Shown here: positions 37,752 through 48,162 of the stretch, in pieces
How positions within the stretch are numbered: the stretch's first letter is position 1
How the letters are laid out: the number at the start of each line of letters is the position of its first letter
Origin: Spirochaetota bacterium
Lineage (GTDB): Bacteria; Spirochaetota; Leptospiria; Turneriellales; CBDBES01
DNA length: 64,000 nucleotides
Direction of reading: 5' to 3'
NCBI GenBank assembly: GCA_965206985.1
Contig: CBDBLF010000011.1
Location: 271,730 to 335,729, forward strand
Position numbers and translations under genes: made by a program
The notes under the pieces: model-generated
The model's input: only the letters and a program-made list of their open reading frames with translations
Database searches by the model: none
What the model was told of the DNA's origin: nothing

Positions 37752-40700
37752 GTGAGAGATCGTATTTCTAGTGATACGTTGTTGGTGCTTTGTTATCAGC
37801 ACTTCAAAAGCTGGCATAAGTCAAAATTGTTGACTCTGTGTCTACTTCTTTCATCGTCTTATCATTGTTCTCAGCCGATCGACCCTGATTTACAACCAGG
37901 TTCGCTTTCACGAGATGCGGTGGTTACTAAAGTTGAGTTGAGGAGATTACTTCAAGTAAATGATTCTCCTTACCCTTTGCCTATTGATGTTGAAGCCTCA
38001 CCTGATGCTGACAAGACTATTTTACTCGAAGTTCCCAAGCACGCCGACGATGCAAATATAAGCACATCCATTGTTGCTTTAAGACCCATACTTACGGGTA
38101 GTTATTCCTATGCTTCTGCAAAAATTAATGGAGAAGATAAGTTTTTTGGCAAAGATACCATTGATTTTTCTGCAGCCAACCCCATTGAGTTAGAGGTTTT
38201 TTCAGAAGCAGAAACAAAAGAAATCTACACGATCTCCGTTGAAAAAAAGGAGTTCCCTCAAGCGGCACCGGAAGCATTTAATATTAAGATTAAGACGCAG
38301 GTAGGTGATGAACCCACTAATGTTTTGCCCGGTCAAAAACTCAGGGTGTATCAGACTTTTGAGGGAAGTTATGAATATGCCGATGTAAATTTTGATGAAG
38401 AAGCAACGAGCACTTTTGAGTGGCTGAGAGGAGACTCACCTGACGGAATTTTCAAAAAAATAGAGGGAATGGAGTCAAACATTTACTCAACCAGAGAGCT
38501 AGACGGAGGGAAATACTTAAAATTTCAAGTCAATCCAGTGGCACAGAGTGGGGAGGGTGATACGCTAAGAGGCAAAACCTATTCTTCTCCAGTCATTGGC
38601 CCAATAGAGCAACTGACCGGTGTAGCATTGGCACAGTCTAAAATTAGAATTGCTGAAATTGGTAACAAATATGATGATGAAACAAACAATGATTATATTG
38701 TTCTGCATAATTCCTCTAGCAGTTCTGTAAGTTTGAACGGCCTGTATATTGGTGTTGATGCTAGTTGCTCAATAACTAGTGGCTTTTCAAATTATAAAGC
38801 ATTACCATCCGATGCTAACGTAGCTGCCAATGCATACTATTTAATTTCACGTATTGGAAATACTATTGGAGCTGACTCTACTGTTCTGGGTTCAATTGGA
38901 GAAGAGGCTTGTGTTGTCTTGGCCAACTCTTCGCAACAACCCACTTCTTCCACACATACTAGTGTAATTGATTTTGTAGCATTTGGTATGACAACGGTCA
39001 AAGGGGAAGGAGATGTGAATGCACAAGTTCTTTCCGAAAGCCATGCTTTACGTAGAATAGGAAGTTGTTCGGGTAATGATCAAGATACAGATAATAATGG
39101 TGATGATTTTGAATTATTTGACCCATTGGGTTACACTAAACAAGTGAGGAGTTCTAGCATTGGGAGTTGTGCAACCATGTTGCCGCCCAACCCACTAAGA
39201 ATCACTGAAATTGGTAACAAATATGATAGTGAAACAAACAATGATTATATTGTTCTGCATAATTCCTCTAGCAGTTCTGTAAGTTTGAACGGCCTGTATA
39301 TTGGTGTTGATGCTAGTTGCTCAATAACTAGTGGCTTTTCAAATTATAAAGCATTACCATCCGATGCTAACGTAGCTGCTAATGCATACTATTTAATTTC
39401 ACGTACTGGAAATACTATTGGAGCTGACTCTACTGTTCTAGGTTCAATTGGAGAAGACGCTTGTGTTGTCTTGGCCAACTCTTCGCAACAACCCACTTCT
39501 TCCACACATGCTAGTGTAATTGATTTTGTAGCATTTGGTATGACAACGGTCAAAGGGGAAGGAGATGTGAATGCACAAGTTCTTTCCGAAAGCCATGCTT
39601 TACGTAGAATAGGAAGTTGTTCGGGTAACGATCAAGATACAGATAATAATGGTGATGATTTTGAATTATTTGACCCATTGGGTTACACTAAACAAGTGAG
39701 GAGTTCTAGCATTGGGAGCTGTGCGACCATACTGCCGCCCAACCCACTAAGAATCGCTGAAATTGGTAACAAATATGATAATGTAACGAACAATGATTAT
39801 ATTGTTCTGCATAATTCTTCTAGCAGTTCTGTGAGTTTGAACGGTCTGTACATTGGCTTTGATCTTGGTTGCACAATAACTAGTGGCTTTTCTACTTCAA
39901 ATTATAAAGCATTACCATCCAATGCTAACATAGCTGCTAATGCATACTATTTAATTTCACGTACTGGAAATACTATTGGAGCTGACTCTACTGTTCTGGG
40001 TTCAATCACAGGAAACTATTGTGTTGTCTTGGCCAACTCTTCGCAACAACCCACTTCTTCCACACATGCTAGTGTAATTGATTTTGTAGCATTTGGTGCA
40101 ACAACGGTCAAGGAAGAGGGTGGGGACAATGCCCCTGTGTTAGATGACGGGTCTATTTTGCGCAGAAAGATGTGTGAGCAAAACGATCAAGACAATGACA
40201 CCAATAATAATTCCAATGATTTTGAACAGATTAGTGCAGTTCCCGACAATTATATGATTCGAAGTTCAATGAACAATAGTTGTACTTCGGTTACTATGAT
40301 GGGTGGAAACAACCCTGGAGGGGGAAGTACGACTCTTGTGATTGCAGAAGTGGGTAATAGAATTAATGATGTGAATGAGAATGATTATATTTTGCTATAC
40401 AATAAGACAAATAGCCCAATTGACCTATCCAGTTACTATATTGGTAGAGATGCTAGTTGTAATATCAGTAATGGTTGGACGGAGTATCAGGAGTTATCAG
40501 GTACTATTTCTGCTCATGGTTATTTTTTAATTAGCAGAGCTTCAAATAAGGTTAATGCTGATTTTACTTGGTCAGGGGGAGGTTCTTTGAATACTAATTA
40601 CTGTGTTACTTTATCGAATAGTGCTACACCACCAAATTCCCCGGTTGATTCTGGTGTTATCGATTTTGTTTCTTTCAAAACAGGTACAGGAGAAGGAAAT

Positions 40701-40862
40701 ACGCAAGCAGGTGTTTTATCTGACAAAAGATATTTGTTTAGAAACGGTACCTGTCTTCAAACTGATACGAATAATAATGCGAATGACTTTACACGAAGTG
40801 CAGCAATCAACTCTGGTTATAGCCCTCGGAATGGGCTCACTGCATCTTGCATCCCTATGTAA
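37752..40862 (+). CDS. Large surface lipoprotein with Ig-like region and four lamin-tail-domain-like repeats
   Basis: LLSSSYHC lipobox-like; repeats I.EIG....NDYI.L.N.....V.L.G...YYLI..IDFV.F..DTDNN..DF. Confidence 0.75.
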   Translation: MRDRISSDTLLVLCYQHFKSWHKSKLLTLCLLLSSSYHCSQPIDPDLQPGSLSRDAVVTKVELRRLLQVNDSPYPLPIDVEASPDADKTILLEVPKHADDANISTSIVALRPILTGSYSYASAKINGEDKFFGKDTIDFSAANPIELEVFSEAETKEIYTISVEKKEFPQAAPEAFNIKIKTQVGDEPTNVLPGQKLRVYQTFEGSYEYADVNFDEEATSTFEWLRGDSPDGIFKKIEGMESNIYSTRELDGGKYLKFQVNPVAQSGEGDTLRGKTYSSPVIGPIEQLTGVALAQSKIRIAEIGNKYDDETNNDYIVLHNSSSSSVSLNGLYIGVDASCSITSGFSNYKALPSDANVAANAYYLISRIGNTIGADSTVLGSIGEEACVVLANSSQQPTSSTHTSVIDFVAFGMTTVKGEGDVNAQVLSESHALRRIGSCSGNDQDTDNNGDDFELFDPLGYTKQVRSSSIGSCATMLPPNPLRITEIGNKYDSETNNDYIVLHNSSSSSVSLNGLYIGVDASCSITSGFSNYKALPSDANVAANAYYLISRTGNTIGADSTVLGSIGEDACVVLANSSQQPTSSTHASVIDFVAFGMTTVKGEGDVNAQVLSESHALRRIGSCSGNDQDTDNNGDDFELFDPLGYTKQVRSSSIGSCATILPPNPLRIAEIGNKYDNVTNNDYIVLHNSSSSSVSLNGLYIGFDLGCTITSGFSTSNYKALPSNANIAANAYYLISRTGNTIGADSTVLGSITGNYCVVLANSSQQPTSSTHASVIDFVAFGATTVKEEGGDNAPVLDDGSILRRKMCEQNDQDNDTNNNSNDFEQISAVPDNYMIRSSMNNSCTSVTMMGGNNPGGGSTTLVIAEVGNRINDVNENDYILLYNKTNSPIDLSSYYIGRDASCNISNGWTEYQELSGTISAHGYFLISRASNKVNADFTWSGGGSLNTNYCVTLSNSATPPNSPVDSGVIDFVSFKTGTGEGNTQAGVLSDKRYLFRNGTCLQTDTNNNANDFTRSAAINSGYSPRNGLTASCIPM
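38646..40110 (+). repeat. 552-bp intragenic tandem repeat (about 2.6 near-identical units)
   Basis: Units start at 38646, 39198 and 39750. Confidence 0.9.
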
Positions 40863-41011
40863 ACAAGGCCAGGGGGGCATTGGTATAAATAGGGTAAAAT
40901 TAGACTTCACGCCTTTTTTGTTTAACGGTTATCTGGTTTATCGCAAGAAAATAAAAGATTAGGTCTCTCATAGGGAGAATCAGTAAATTTATAATAAACG
41001 TTCTTGTAAGG

Positions 41012-41155
41012 TAGTCCTCAGTTAAGTCAAATATAACCAACCCCTTGGCGGGCTTCTCCACAAAATAGACCCTAGTTTTCCCAGCCCTAAGATTAGCCTC
41101 ACCATAGGGTGGTGGTTTTAAAGCATTGTACGCTCTTGATGCCGCTGAGGTATTA
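41012..41155 (-). ncRNA. Long hairpin RNA with central bubble, 6S RNA-like
   Basis: Minus strand: CCTCAG/CTGAGG closing stem, unpaired bubble, AACC/GGTT, GGTG.GGCT/AGCC.CGCC inner stems with G-U pairs. Confidence 0.45.
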
Positions 41156-41384
41156 GTAAAAAATGGTCTTTTATCTTACTTTTAGCTTTATTTCCTCCAA
41201 TCTCCTCTGTTTTCAACCGAACATTTTTTTTTAATTTTAGCATTTTGCTTCAATTAATTTGTGACCGCTAGTCATTTGAATTTGATATTGACCTCGAAAA
41301 CAATCAATATTTTTGGTTGAGTAGATTACAGTATGATTCAAAAAAACATGAATTTTTTATTTGCCTTAAAAGTAGAAATTTAAA

Positions 41385-42404
41385 ATGAACGAGAAATATA
41401 AGATTCTTCTTGTAGAGGATACAGAATCCACTTTGACTGCTTTTTCCGACCACCTCAGTAGCGATTTTGATGTTTCGTGTTCACAAAGTTTTTTATCTGC
41501 GAAAAAGACCATTGAAGAAAAAAAGAAAAATGGTCTTTTTTTTGATTTAGTCATTTCGCGGATGCATCTGCCCGATGGTAGTGCTTTTTCTCTTGCTGAC
41601 TATTGTAAGGAGCATTCATCAGAGACAACAATCATTTTGATTACTTCTTATGATGTTAATGACTACATTGAGTCAATTTACGACGCAGGCATCAGTCATA
41701 TTATTTCTAAACAATCAATCTTGAGTCTAAAATATATTCATACCATGTCAAAAAAGATACTTACCTCCGATATATTTGGCATACAAAAATATTTTTCTGA
41801 TATCAAAATATATTATCCCACAGAAAGCCCTACCAATCGATATCCAAAGAATAAAGAAGTTTTTAGTGTTGTGGTCCGTTCTCCCGAAGAAAGAGTTTAT
41901 TGGATCGATAAAATTGCGGATATCTTTGATGAGACCATGAATATTTCTAAATCATATAGTAAGTTAATTTTAGAAGAAATTACAATCAATGCATTAATAA
42001 AAGCACCTCGTCATGATGATCAGACGTATAAATTTCAGGAAAAGGTTGATGGCATCGATCGGCTTATACCCAAAGAAGATATAGAACTAGATGAAGAAGA
42101 TTATTTTATTGTACAATACGGATTCCATGAAGATTTTATGATACTTCTCTGTCAAGACAATTATGGTACGCTAAGAAAAAAAGAAGTGCTTTATCGCCTC
42201 AAGCGACACATCACTGTACATCCTCAAACGGGGTTACCTAGGGGGTTGTATGATTCTCATGGACGTGGCTTTTTCTTGCTAAGAGAAAAACTAACCCACC
42301 TTGTTATTAATATTAAACGTAATCATAAGACAGAAGTTATTTGTCTTTATAGTAAAAAATATGATACTGTTTATAAAAATATATCGATATACGAGATAAG
42401 TTGA
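41385..42404 (+). CDS. Receiver-like domain fused to an HATPase-like domain
   Basis: KILLVED..DLVISRMHLPDG..TS..K; EEITINA..D..G..HGRGFFLL. Confidence 0.7.
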   Translation: MNEKYKILLVEDTESTLTAFSDHLSSDFDVSCSQSFLSAKKTIEEKKKNGLFFDLVISRMHLPDGSAFSLADYCKEHSSETTIILITSYDVNDYIESIYDAGISHIISKQSILSLKYIHTMSKKILTSDIFGIQKYFSDIKIYYPTESPTNRYPKNKEVFSVVVRSPEERVYWIDKIADIFDETMNISKSYSKLILEEITINALIKAPRHDDQTYKFQEKVDGIDRLIPKEDIELDEEDYFIVQYGFHEDFMILLCQDNYGTLRKKEVLYRLKRHITVHPQTGLPRGLYDSHGRGFFLLREKLTHLVINIKRNHKTEVICLYSKKYDTVYKNISIYEIS

Positions 42405-43087
42405 AGAAAACTCATATTCGTTCTACAGGGAAGAACCCAATATTACTAAAATTGAAGGAAGTTTCCTTCTCTTATAAGCAAAGCAATATTCTGGAAAATG
42501 TGAATTTAACAATTGATCAAAAATCGTTCATTGTTCTTGCTGGGGAATCAGGAACAGGAAAAAGTACTTTACTCTACATTTTAGCGGGTTTGTTAAAGCC
42601 TGATTCTGGTGAATATCTCTTTAGCAATAGGCCCGTACATGAAATGGGCAAGTTTGCAACGGCTCAGTTTCGTAGAGAAAATATTGGTATATTATTTCAA
42701 GATTTCAGGTTGTTGCCGTTTTTAACCGCAGAACAGAATATTCGATTTCCTCTCTATTTTTTGTCCGAAAAGATGGACTCAAACAAAGTAAACCGTCTTT
42801 TAGACGAACTAAAAATTGATCACCGAAAAAAAGCTTACCCCAAGAACTTATCAGGAGGTGAGGCGCAAAGAACAGCAATTGCACGAAGTATGATTTTGCA
42901 ACCTCAGTTATTGCTCTTAGATGAACCAACAGGTAACCTTGATGCTAAAACAGAAAAGCTGATTGTTGATTCTCTTATGAAATTTCGCACAAAATATAAA
43001 CTCACGATATTTTGCGTAACCCATAGTAAATATATCATGAAACAGGCTGATAAGGTCTGGCATTTAGGCAACAAAGTCTTAGTATGA
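42401..43087 (+). CDS. ABC transporter ATP-binding protein (LolD/MacB-type)
   Basis: GESGTGKS, LSGGEAQR, LLLDEPTGNLD. Confidence 0.95.
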   Translation: MKKTHIRSTGKNPILLKLKEVSFSYKQSNILENVNLTIDQKSFIVLAGESGTGKSTLLYILAGLLKPDSGEYLFSNRPVHEMGKFATAQFRRENIGILFQDFRLLPFLTAEQNIRFPLYFLSEKMDSNKVNRLLDELKIDHRKKAYPKNLSGGEAQRTAIARSMILQPQLLLLDEPTGNLDAKTEKLIVDSLMKFRTKYKLTIFCVTHSKYIMKQADKVWHLGNKVLV

Positions 43088-44433
43088 GTTGGTTTTTTTT
43101 TATTCTTCACCGAGTTTATCTCATCTTGTTTCTATGGTATAAACATTTTTTTCGTATTGCGGCTTCTTCCATATCTCTTTTGGTAACTCTTACGATCGTC
43201 ATATTATTTTTGGGTGTGATGCATCCTATAAAAAACCTATTTACTCAAAAATTAGAAGGGAGCCTCCCAGGAGAAATAATTAAGTTGCGCCCCAAAAAAT
43301 TATTACTAAATGCGAATCTACTATCACTTTTTCAGGAAAAACCAGATACTCACTTTGGTGTTACGAAGAAAGAAATATTACGCTTCAAATCATGGAAGGA
43401 AATTCAAAGTATTGATTATACTCAAATGCTTCAAAGACCCATACTTACTTATCTCAAACATCCTCTTTTAACGAGCTTAGGAGGAGGGTTAAAATTTGAT
43501 ATTCTTATGCAAGGTCTGAACGCACGTTTAGTAAAGCCATACCTATTTTGCATGAAGAACTTTAAACCAAAAAAGAAAAAGATTTCAGAAACTGAGACTG
43601 TAACGGTCATACCTGTTGTCATACCTGATATTTATGTGAGCATTGCTCAAGTATGGCTAAGTGTCAACCGTTTGCCTACGATCGAAAGGGGTGCTTTGAA
43701 TGGTCTCAATTTAGATATGCGCGTTGGGAGTAGTCTTTTACAGGGTAGATCACAAACAAAAGGAACCAAAGTATTGGGTCAAATTTGTGGTTTTATTCCT
43801 GAAGGTATTGTTACAACAGTGGGAGCCCCTCTTTCATGGGTAACAAAGTACCATAGGTCTCAAAACATGAAACTTGCTTCTGACTCTTATGATCAAATAT
43901 TCATTCGTGTTAAAAATTCTAAAAATGTAAGCAAAATCAAGAAAAAGTTGAAGAAGTTTGGATTAATCAGTCATACTCAGTCTAAACAGTATAGTAAACT
44001 TTTTAAGTGGATCGCTAAAATTGATTATATTTTTTGGTTCACTGCCTCTATTTTAATTCTCCTTAGTGGAATTAGTTTGGTGAACTCCTTTTCTCTTCTT
44101 GCCACTGAAAAAAAATATGAGTTTGGTCTCTACTTGGTTTTGGGCTCTTCACCGATTTTCATCTGGGTCATGATGTTTTTTGAGGGTGTTATATGGGGCT
44201 GCATCCATTCTTTTTTAAGCCTAAAAATTGCTGACCTGCTGTTTGGTTATTTGAAAAATAACCTTAGTATCGTTAAGCTTTATCCCGAATGGGCAGGTAT
44301 TGATTTCAGTTTATCAAGCAAAGAGATATTTTTCTTAAGTCTTGGGGCCATTCTTTTTACGGGACTCTCATCAATGATTCCATCTATCCTCATGATGAAA
44401 AATAAAACAATCGATATGATTAAAAAGGACTAA
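43084..44433 (+). CDS. FtsX/MacB-type ABC permease
   Basis: 1+3 TM layout; EKKYEFGLYLVLGSS motif. Confidence 0.8.
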   Translation: MSWFFFILHRVYLILFLWYKHFFRIAASSISLLVTLTIVILFLGVMHPIKNLFTQKLEGSLPGEIIKLRPKKLLLNANLLSLFQEKPDTHFGVTKKEILRFKSWKEIQSIDYTQMLQRPILTYLKHPLLTSLGGGLKFDILMQGLNARLVKPYLFCMKNFKPKKKKISETETVTVIPVVIPDIYVSIAQVWLSVNRLPTIERGALNGLNLDMRVGSSLLQGRSQTKGTKVLGQICGFIPEGIVTTVGAPLSWVTKYHRSQNMKLASDSYDQIFIRVKNSKNVSKIKKKLKKFGLISHTQSKQYSKLFKWIAKIDYIFWFTASILILLSGISLVNSFSLLATEKKYEFGLYLVLGSSPIFIWVMMFFEGVIWGCIHSFLSLKIADLLFGYLKNNLSIVKLYPEWAGIDFSLSSKEIFFLSLGAILFTGLSSMIPSILMMKNKTIDMIKKD

Positions 44434-44439
44434 TCAAGA

Positions 44440-45765
44440 TTAGTTTAATAAAGCTGTAGGGCATAATGCCTTGATATCATTTTCCGTTTTTTCTGCATCA
44501 AGATCACCCAATGAGGTAAGTATGTATTCTTTTCCAGACCAGAGGGTCTGCACGTCTTCTAAAACTTGTTCAGGTTGAACAGCTTCAATTTTTCGAATGT
44601 GTTCTCGCCAATCGCGCAAGCCACCATGATACAGTAAAGATTTTGCATTATAACCCGCTCGACGAATAGGTAATTCCATTGATAATTCAATCAAACCAGA
44701 TAAGCCAGCTTTAGCTTCGGAAACTTCTTTCTCCGGAATCATTTTGGTAATTGACGCTTTCAGAACCTCAAGCATGAGTTTGATTGATTCAAGAAAAGAT
44801 TCTTTTGATGTTCCACAGTAAACTCCCCAAAGACCTTCATCATAGTATTGCGAATGAAAGGAACTCACAGAATAACACAAACCATTCTCTTCTCTAAGCT
44901 TACGAAAAAGACGAGAAGACATGGTACCTCCTATCAGGTGTGTGAAAACTTGAAACGCTACGTCATTTTCATCCATTTCAGATATTCCGGGTAGACCAAA
45001 TAAAAAGTGTACCTGCTCTAATTTTTTATTTTGGTGATGTACCAACCTTTTTTTTTCTTGTTTATCTTGGTTAGTCGATTCAAAGCTTGATTTTTCTTCC
45101 GAGATATGGCGATCACCAAAAAATTTTTGGATCATCGACTTCAATTTTCCTTTTTCGGTTTCGGAAGACCACAAACCGCCTGCGAGTGATAAAACAGAGT
45201 TTTGTGAGCTATAGCACTTGGTATAGTAAGAATATAACATCTCTCGTGTAGAACTTTCGATTGAATCCAATGTGCCTGGAATTGGTCTACCCAGAGGAGT
45301 ATCACCAAAAAAGTCTTGGTAAAAAATATCAAATAAATAGTCATCTGGGTTATCTTGCCCCATTTTAATCTCTTCTAAAATTACTTTTTTTTCAATAGTA
45401 AACTCAGCATCCGGAATTATTGATTCAAAAAACATATCAGAAAGAACATCCAGAGCAATTATTATAAATTTAGGGCTCAAGGTGATATAATAATTGGTTA
45501 CTTCTTTTGAAGTTGATGCATTCATATATCCGCCTAATCGGTCAATTTCTAACGATATTTGTTGATAATTGCGATTTTTTGTACCCTTGAATAACATATG
45601 CTCAGTGAAATGTGAATACCCCATTTCAGATGATAACTCACACCGCGAACCAATTGGAACCCAAACACCCACGGAAGCCGAGTTACGATAGGGAATATTT
45701 TCTAAAACGACTTTAAGTTCATTTCCTAAAGAAAACGTTTCGATTGAATGTGAGCTTTCTGTCAC
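44440..45765 (-). CDS. M16 family zinc peptidase
   Basis: HFTEHMLFKGT, MSSRLF..LRE..GLCYS. Confidence 0.92.
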   Translation of the reverse strand: MTESSHSIETFSLGNELKVVLENIPYRNSASVGVWVPIGSRCELSSEMGYSHFTEHMLFKGTKNRNYQQISLEIDRLGGYMNASTSKEVTNYYITLSPKFIIIALDVLSDMFFESIIPDAEFTIEKKVILEEIKMGQDNPDDYLFDIFYQDFFGDTPLGRPIPGTLDSIESSTREMLYSYYTKCYSSQNSVLSLAGGLWSSETEKGKLKSMIQKFFGDRHISEEKSSFESTNQDKQEKKRLVHHQNKKLEQVHFLFGLPGISEMDENDVAFQVFTHLIGGTMSSRLFRKLREENGLCYSVSSFHSQYYDEGLWGVYCGTSKESFLESIKLMLEVLKASITKMIPEKEVSEAKAGLSGLIELSMELPIRRAGYNAKSLLYHGGLRDWREHIRKIEAVQPEQVLEDVQTLWSGKEYILTSLGDLDAEKTENDIKALCPTALLN

Positions 45766-47861
45766 GAGGCATCTTTGATTGACAAGCTTAGGCGACCTTG
45801 TCGATCAACATCAAGAACTTTCACCTTTACTTTTTGTCCAACGGAAAGCACATCCTGAATATGATTAACTCTTTCACTAGAAACTTTTGAAATGTGACAA
45901 AGACCAGATTTACCGGGAAGTATTTCGACAAAGGCACCAAAATCTTTTAAAGTAACGACAGTACCCTCATAAATCTCATTCACCTTTGCCTCAGCAAATT
46001 GAGCATCAATCATACTCTTAGCCTCTTCTGCCGCCTCTTTTTTTCGCGAATATATACTCACAGTGCCGTCATCTTTGACAAGGATTTCAGCTCCTGTTCT
46101 CTCCGAAAGTGATCGTATATTGTTGCCTCCTGGGCCAATTAAACCACCAATATTTGACTTATCAATTTTTATCATAATAATTCCGGGAGCTTGCTTTGAA
46201 ACCTCCGAGCGAGGCTCACGAATTGCCTGATTCATTACTTCTAAAATCTCCAACCGACCTTTTTTAGCTTGCTTGAGTGCATTTTCAATAATTTCATCAC
46301 TAATTCCTTGTACTTTGGTATCGAGTTGAAAAGTAGTGATTCCCTTTTCGGTGCCAGCGATCTTGAAGTCCATATCGCCAAAATGATCTTCAAGACCCGC
46401 GATATCAGATAATATGGCGTACTGGTCACCCTCCATAATCAGACCCATGGCAATACCAGCAACACCCCCCTTTATTGGCACACCCGCATCCATCAAGGCA
46501 AGAGAACCAGAGCAAACCGTTGCCATAGAGGAGGAGCCATTTGATTCAAGTATTTCAGAAACGATACGGATTACATACGGGAAATCTTCTAAAGCAGCAA
46601 TTGATGTCCTGAGAGAATTTTCGGCAAGTTTTCCATGCCCAACCTCCCTTCTGCCTGGACCACCATAACGACGAACTTCACCGACACTAAAAGGTAAAAA
46701 ATTATAGTGGAGGTAGAAACGATCTTTAGCCTCTCCGTCAACATCATTTACAATTTGAGCATTTGCCTCAGAACCAAGGGTCACCACACCTAAAGATTGG
46801 GTTTCTCCTCGAGTGAAGACTGCTGAACCATGAGCACTAGGAAGCACACCAATCTCTACTTCAATTGGTCTAATCTCGTCAAGTTTACGTTTGTCTGCCC
46901 GAATATTTTCCTTAAAAATTTGATTGCGCACTATACCAATTTCAATCTTGCCTATGATTTTTTCAGCAATATCAAGATTTTCGGATATTGCATCTTCGCC
47001 AAGAGATTCTTTTTCAAATGTATTCTTCAGTGCTTCTAATGTTTCTTCACGAACGAGGTCAATATTTTTCTGACGGGTATGTTTGTCTTCTTGGTTGTTT
47101 GCTATCTTCATCTTCTCGTAGGCCAACTCATGTGTTTTTTCTTCTAAATCAGAATAGTCTTTTTCTTTTGGTGCTTGAAGAAAAGGGAGAGTAACAGTTT
47201 TTCTGAGCGGCTTTTGTGATTCACAAAGTCGTTTAATTTCTTTGTGACCAAAACGGACAGCATCGTGCATAACCTCTTCAGCAATTTCTGAGGCAGAGCC
47301 CTCAATCATAGTTACAGCTTTTTCGGTTCCAGCTAATATGACGTTTAAATCAGATTGTTTAATCTCCGTCTTAGAAGGAAAGAGTATTAACTTATCTTCA
47401 ATACGTCCGACACGAACTCCAGCTACTGGACCATCAAAAGGTATATTTGAAGCCATGAGCGATGCAGAAGCAACTGTGATTGCATGAACGTCAGCCAAAT
47501 GCTCTTGGTCAGCACTCAAAAGAGTAATAAATATTTGTAACTCGTTCAAAAATGTCTTGGAGAAGAGAGGTCGAATAGGACGATCGACAAGCCTACAGAT
47601 CAAAACTTCTTTATTAGACGGCCTACCTTCTCTTTTGTTGAAACCACCGACAAATTCGCCTGCGGCATAATACTTCTCTCGATAGTCAACAGTTAGAGGG
47701 AAAAAATCGACCCCTCCTTTGGCTTCTTTTTTTGACGTTGCATTTGACATGAGTACGATATTCTTCCACCTGAGAATAACTGAGCCGTTTGCCTGCTTTG
47801 CCCATTTGCCCGTCTCAAAACTATATTCACTATCTAATAACTGAGTTTTTTCTGTATGCAT
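45762..47861 (-). CDS. pnp: Polyribonucleotide nucleotidyltransferase
   Basis: DFFPLTVDY, FTRGETQ, ESNGSSSMA, GDMDFK, KH and S1 domains. Confidence 0.98.
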   Translation of the reverse strand: MHTEKTQLLDSEYSFETGKWAKQANGSVILRWKNIVLMSNATSKKEAKGGVDFFPLTVDYREKYYAAGEFVGGFNKREGRPSNKEVLICRLVDRPIRPLFSKTFLNELQIFITLLSADQEHLADVHAITVASASLMASNIPFDGPVAGVRVGRIEDKLILFPSKTEIKQSDLNVILAGTEKAVTMIEGSASEIAEEVMHDAVRFGHKEIKRLCESQKPLRKTVTLPFLQAPKEKDYSDLEEKTHELAYEKMKIANNQEDKHTRQKNIDLVREETLEALKNTFEKESLGEDAISENLDIAEKIIGKIEIGIVRNQIFKENIRADKRKLDEIRPIEVEIGVLPSAHGSAVFTRGETQSLGVVTLGSEANAQIVNDVDGEAKDRFYLHYNFLPFSVGEVRRYGGPGRREVGHGKLAENSLRTSIAALEDFPYVIRIVSEILESNGSSSMATVCSGSLALMDAGVPIKGGVAGIAMGLIMEGDQYAILSDIAGLEDHFGDMDFKIAGTEKGITTFQLDTKVQGISDEIIENALKQAKKGRLEILEVMNQAIREPRSEVSKQAPGIIMIKIDKSNIGGLIGPGGNNIRSLSERTGAEILVKDDGTVSIYSRKKEAAEEAKSMIDAQFAEAKVNEIYEGTVVTLKDFGAFVEILPGKSGLCHISKVSSERVNHIQDVLSVGQKVKVKVLDVDRQGRLSLSIKDAS

Positions 47862-47904
47862 CTTTTTTCTTTTTACTCTTTTCTTTTTTTATTTTGCAAG
47901 CTTT

Positions 47905-48162
47905 TTATTTTCGCAAGCTAAGACTACTAATTAAATTCGCGTAAGCATCTCTATCCGTACGCTTCAAGTAGCTCAATAAACGCCTTCTTTTCCCAACCAT
48001 TTTCAAAAGACCTAACCGCGAGTGGTGATCTTTTTTATGAGATTGAAAATGATTTTTCAAACCATCAATTCGATCAGTTAGGAGAGAAATTTGAACTTCA
48101 GGAGAACCCGTATCTTTGTCATGCCTACTATATTTATCAATAATTTCTTTCTTAGCCAACAT
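47905..48162 (-). CDS. rpsO: 30S ribosomal protein S15
   Basis: [30 protein letters not shown]. Confidence 0.98.
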   Translation of the reverse strand: MLAKKEIIDKYSRHDKDTGSPEVQISLLTDRIDGLKNHFQSHKKDHHSRLGLLKMVGKRRRLLSYLKRTDRDAYANLISSLSLRK

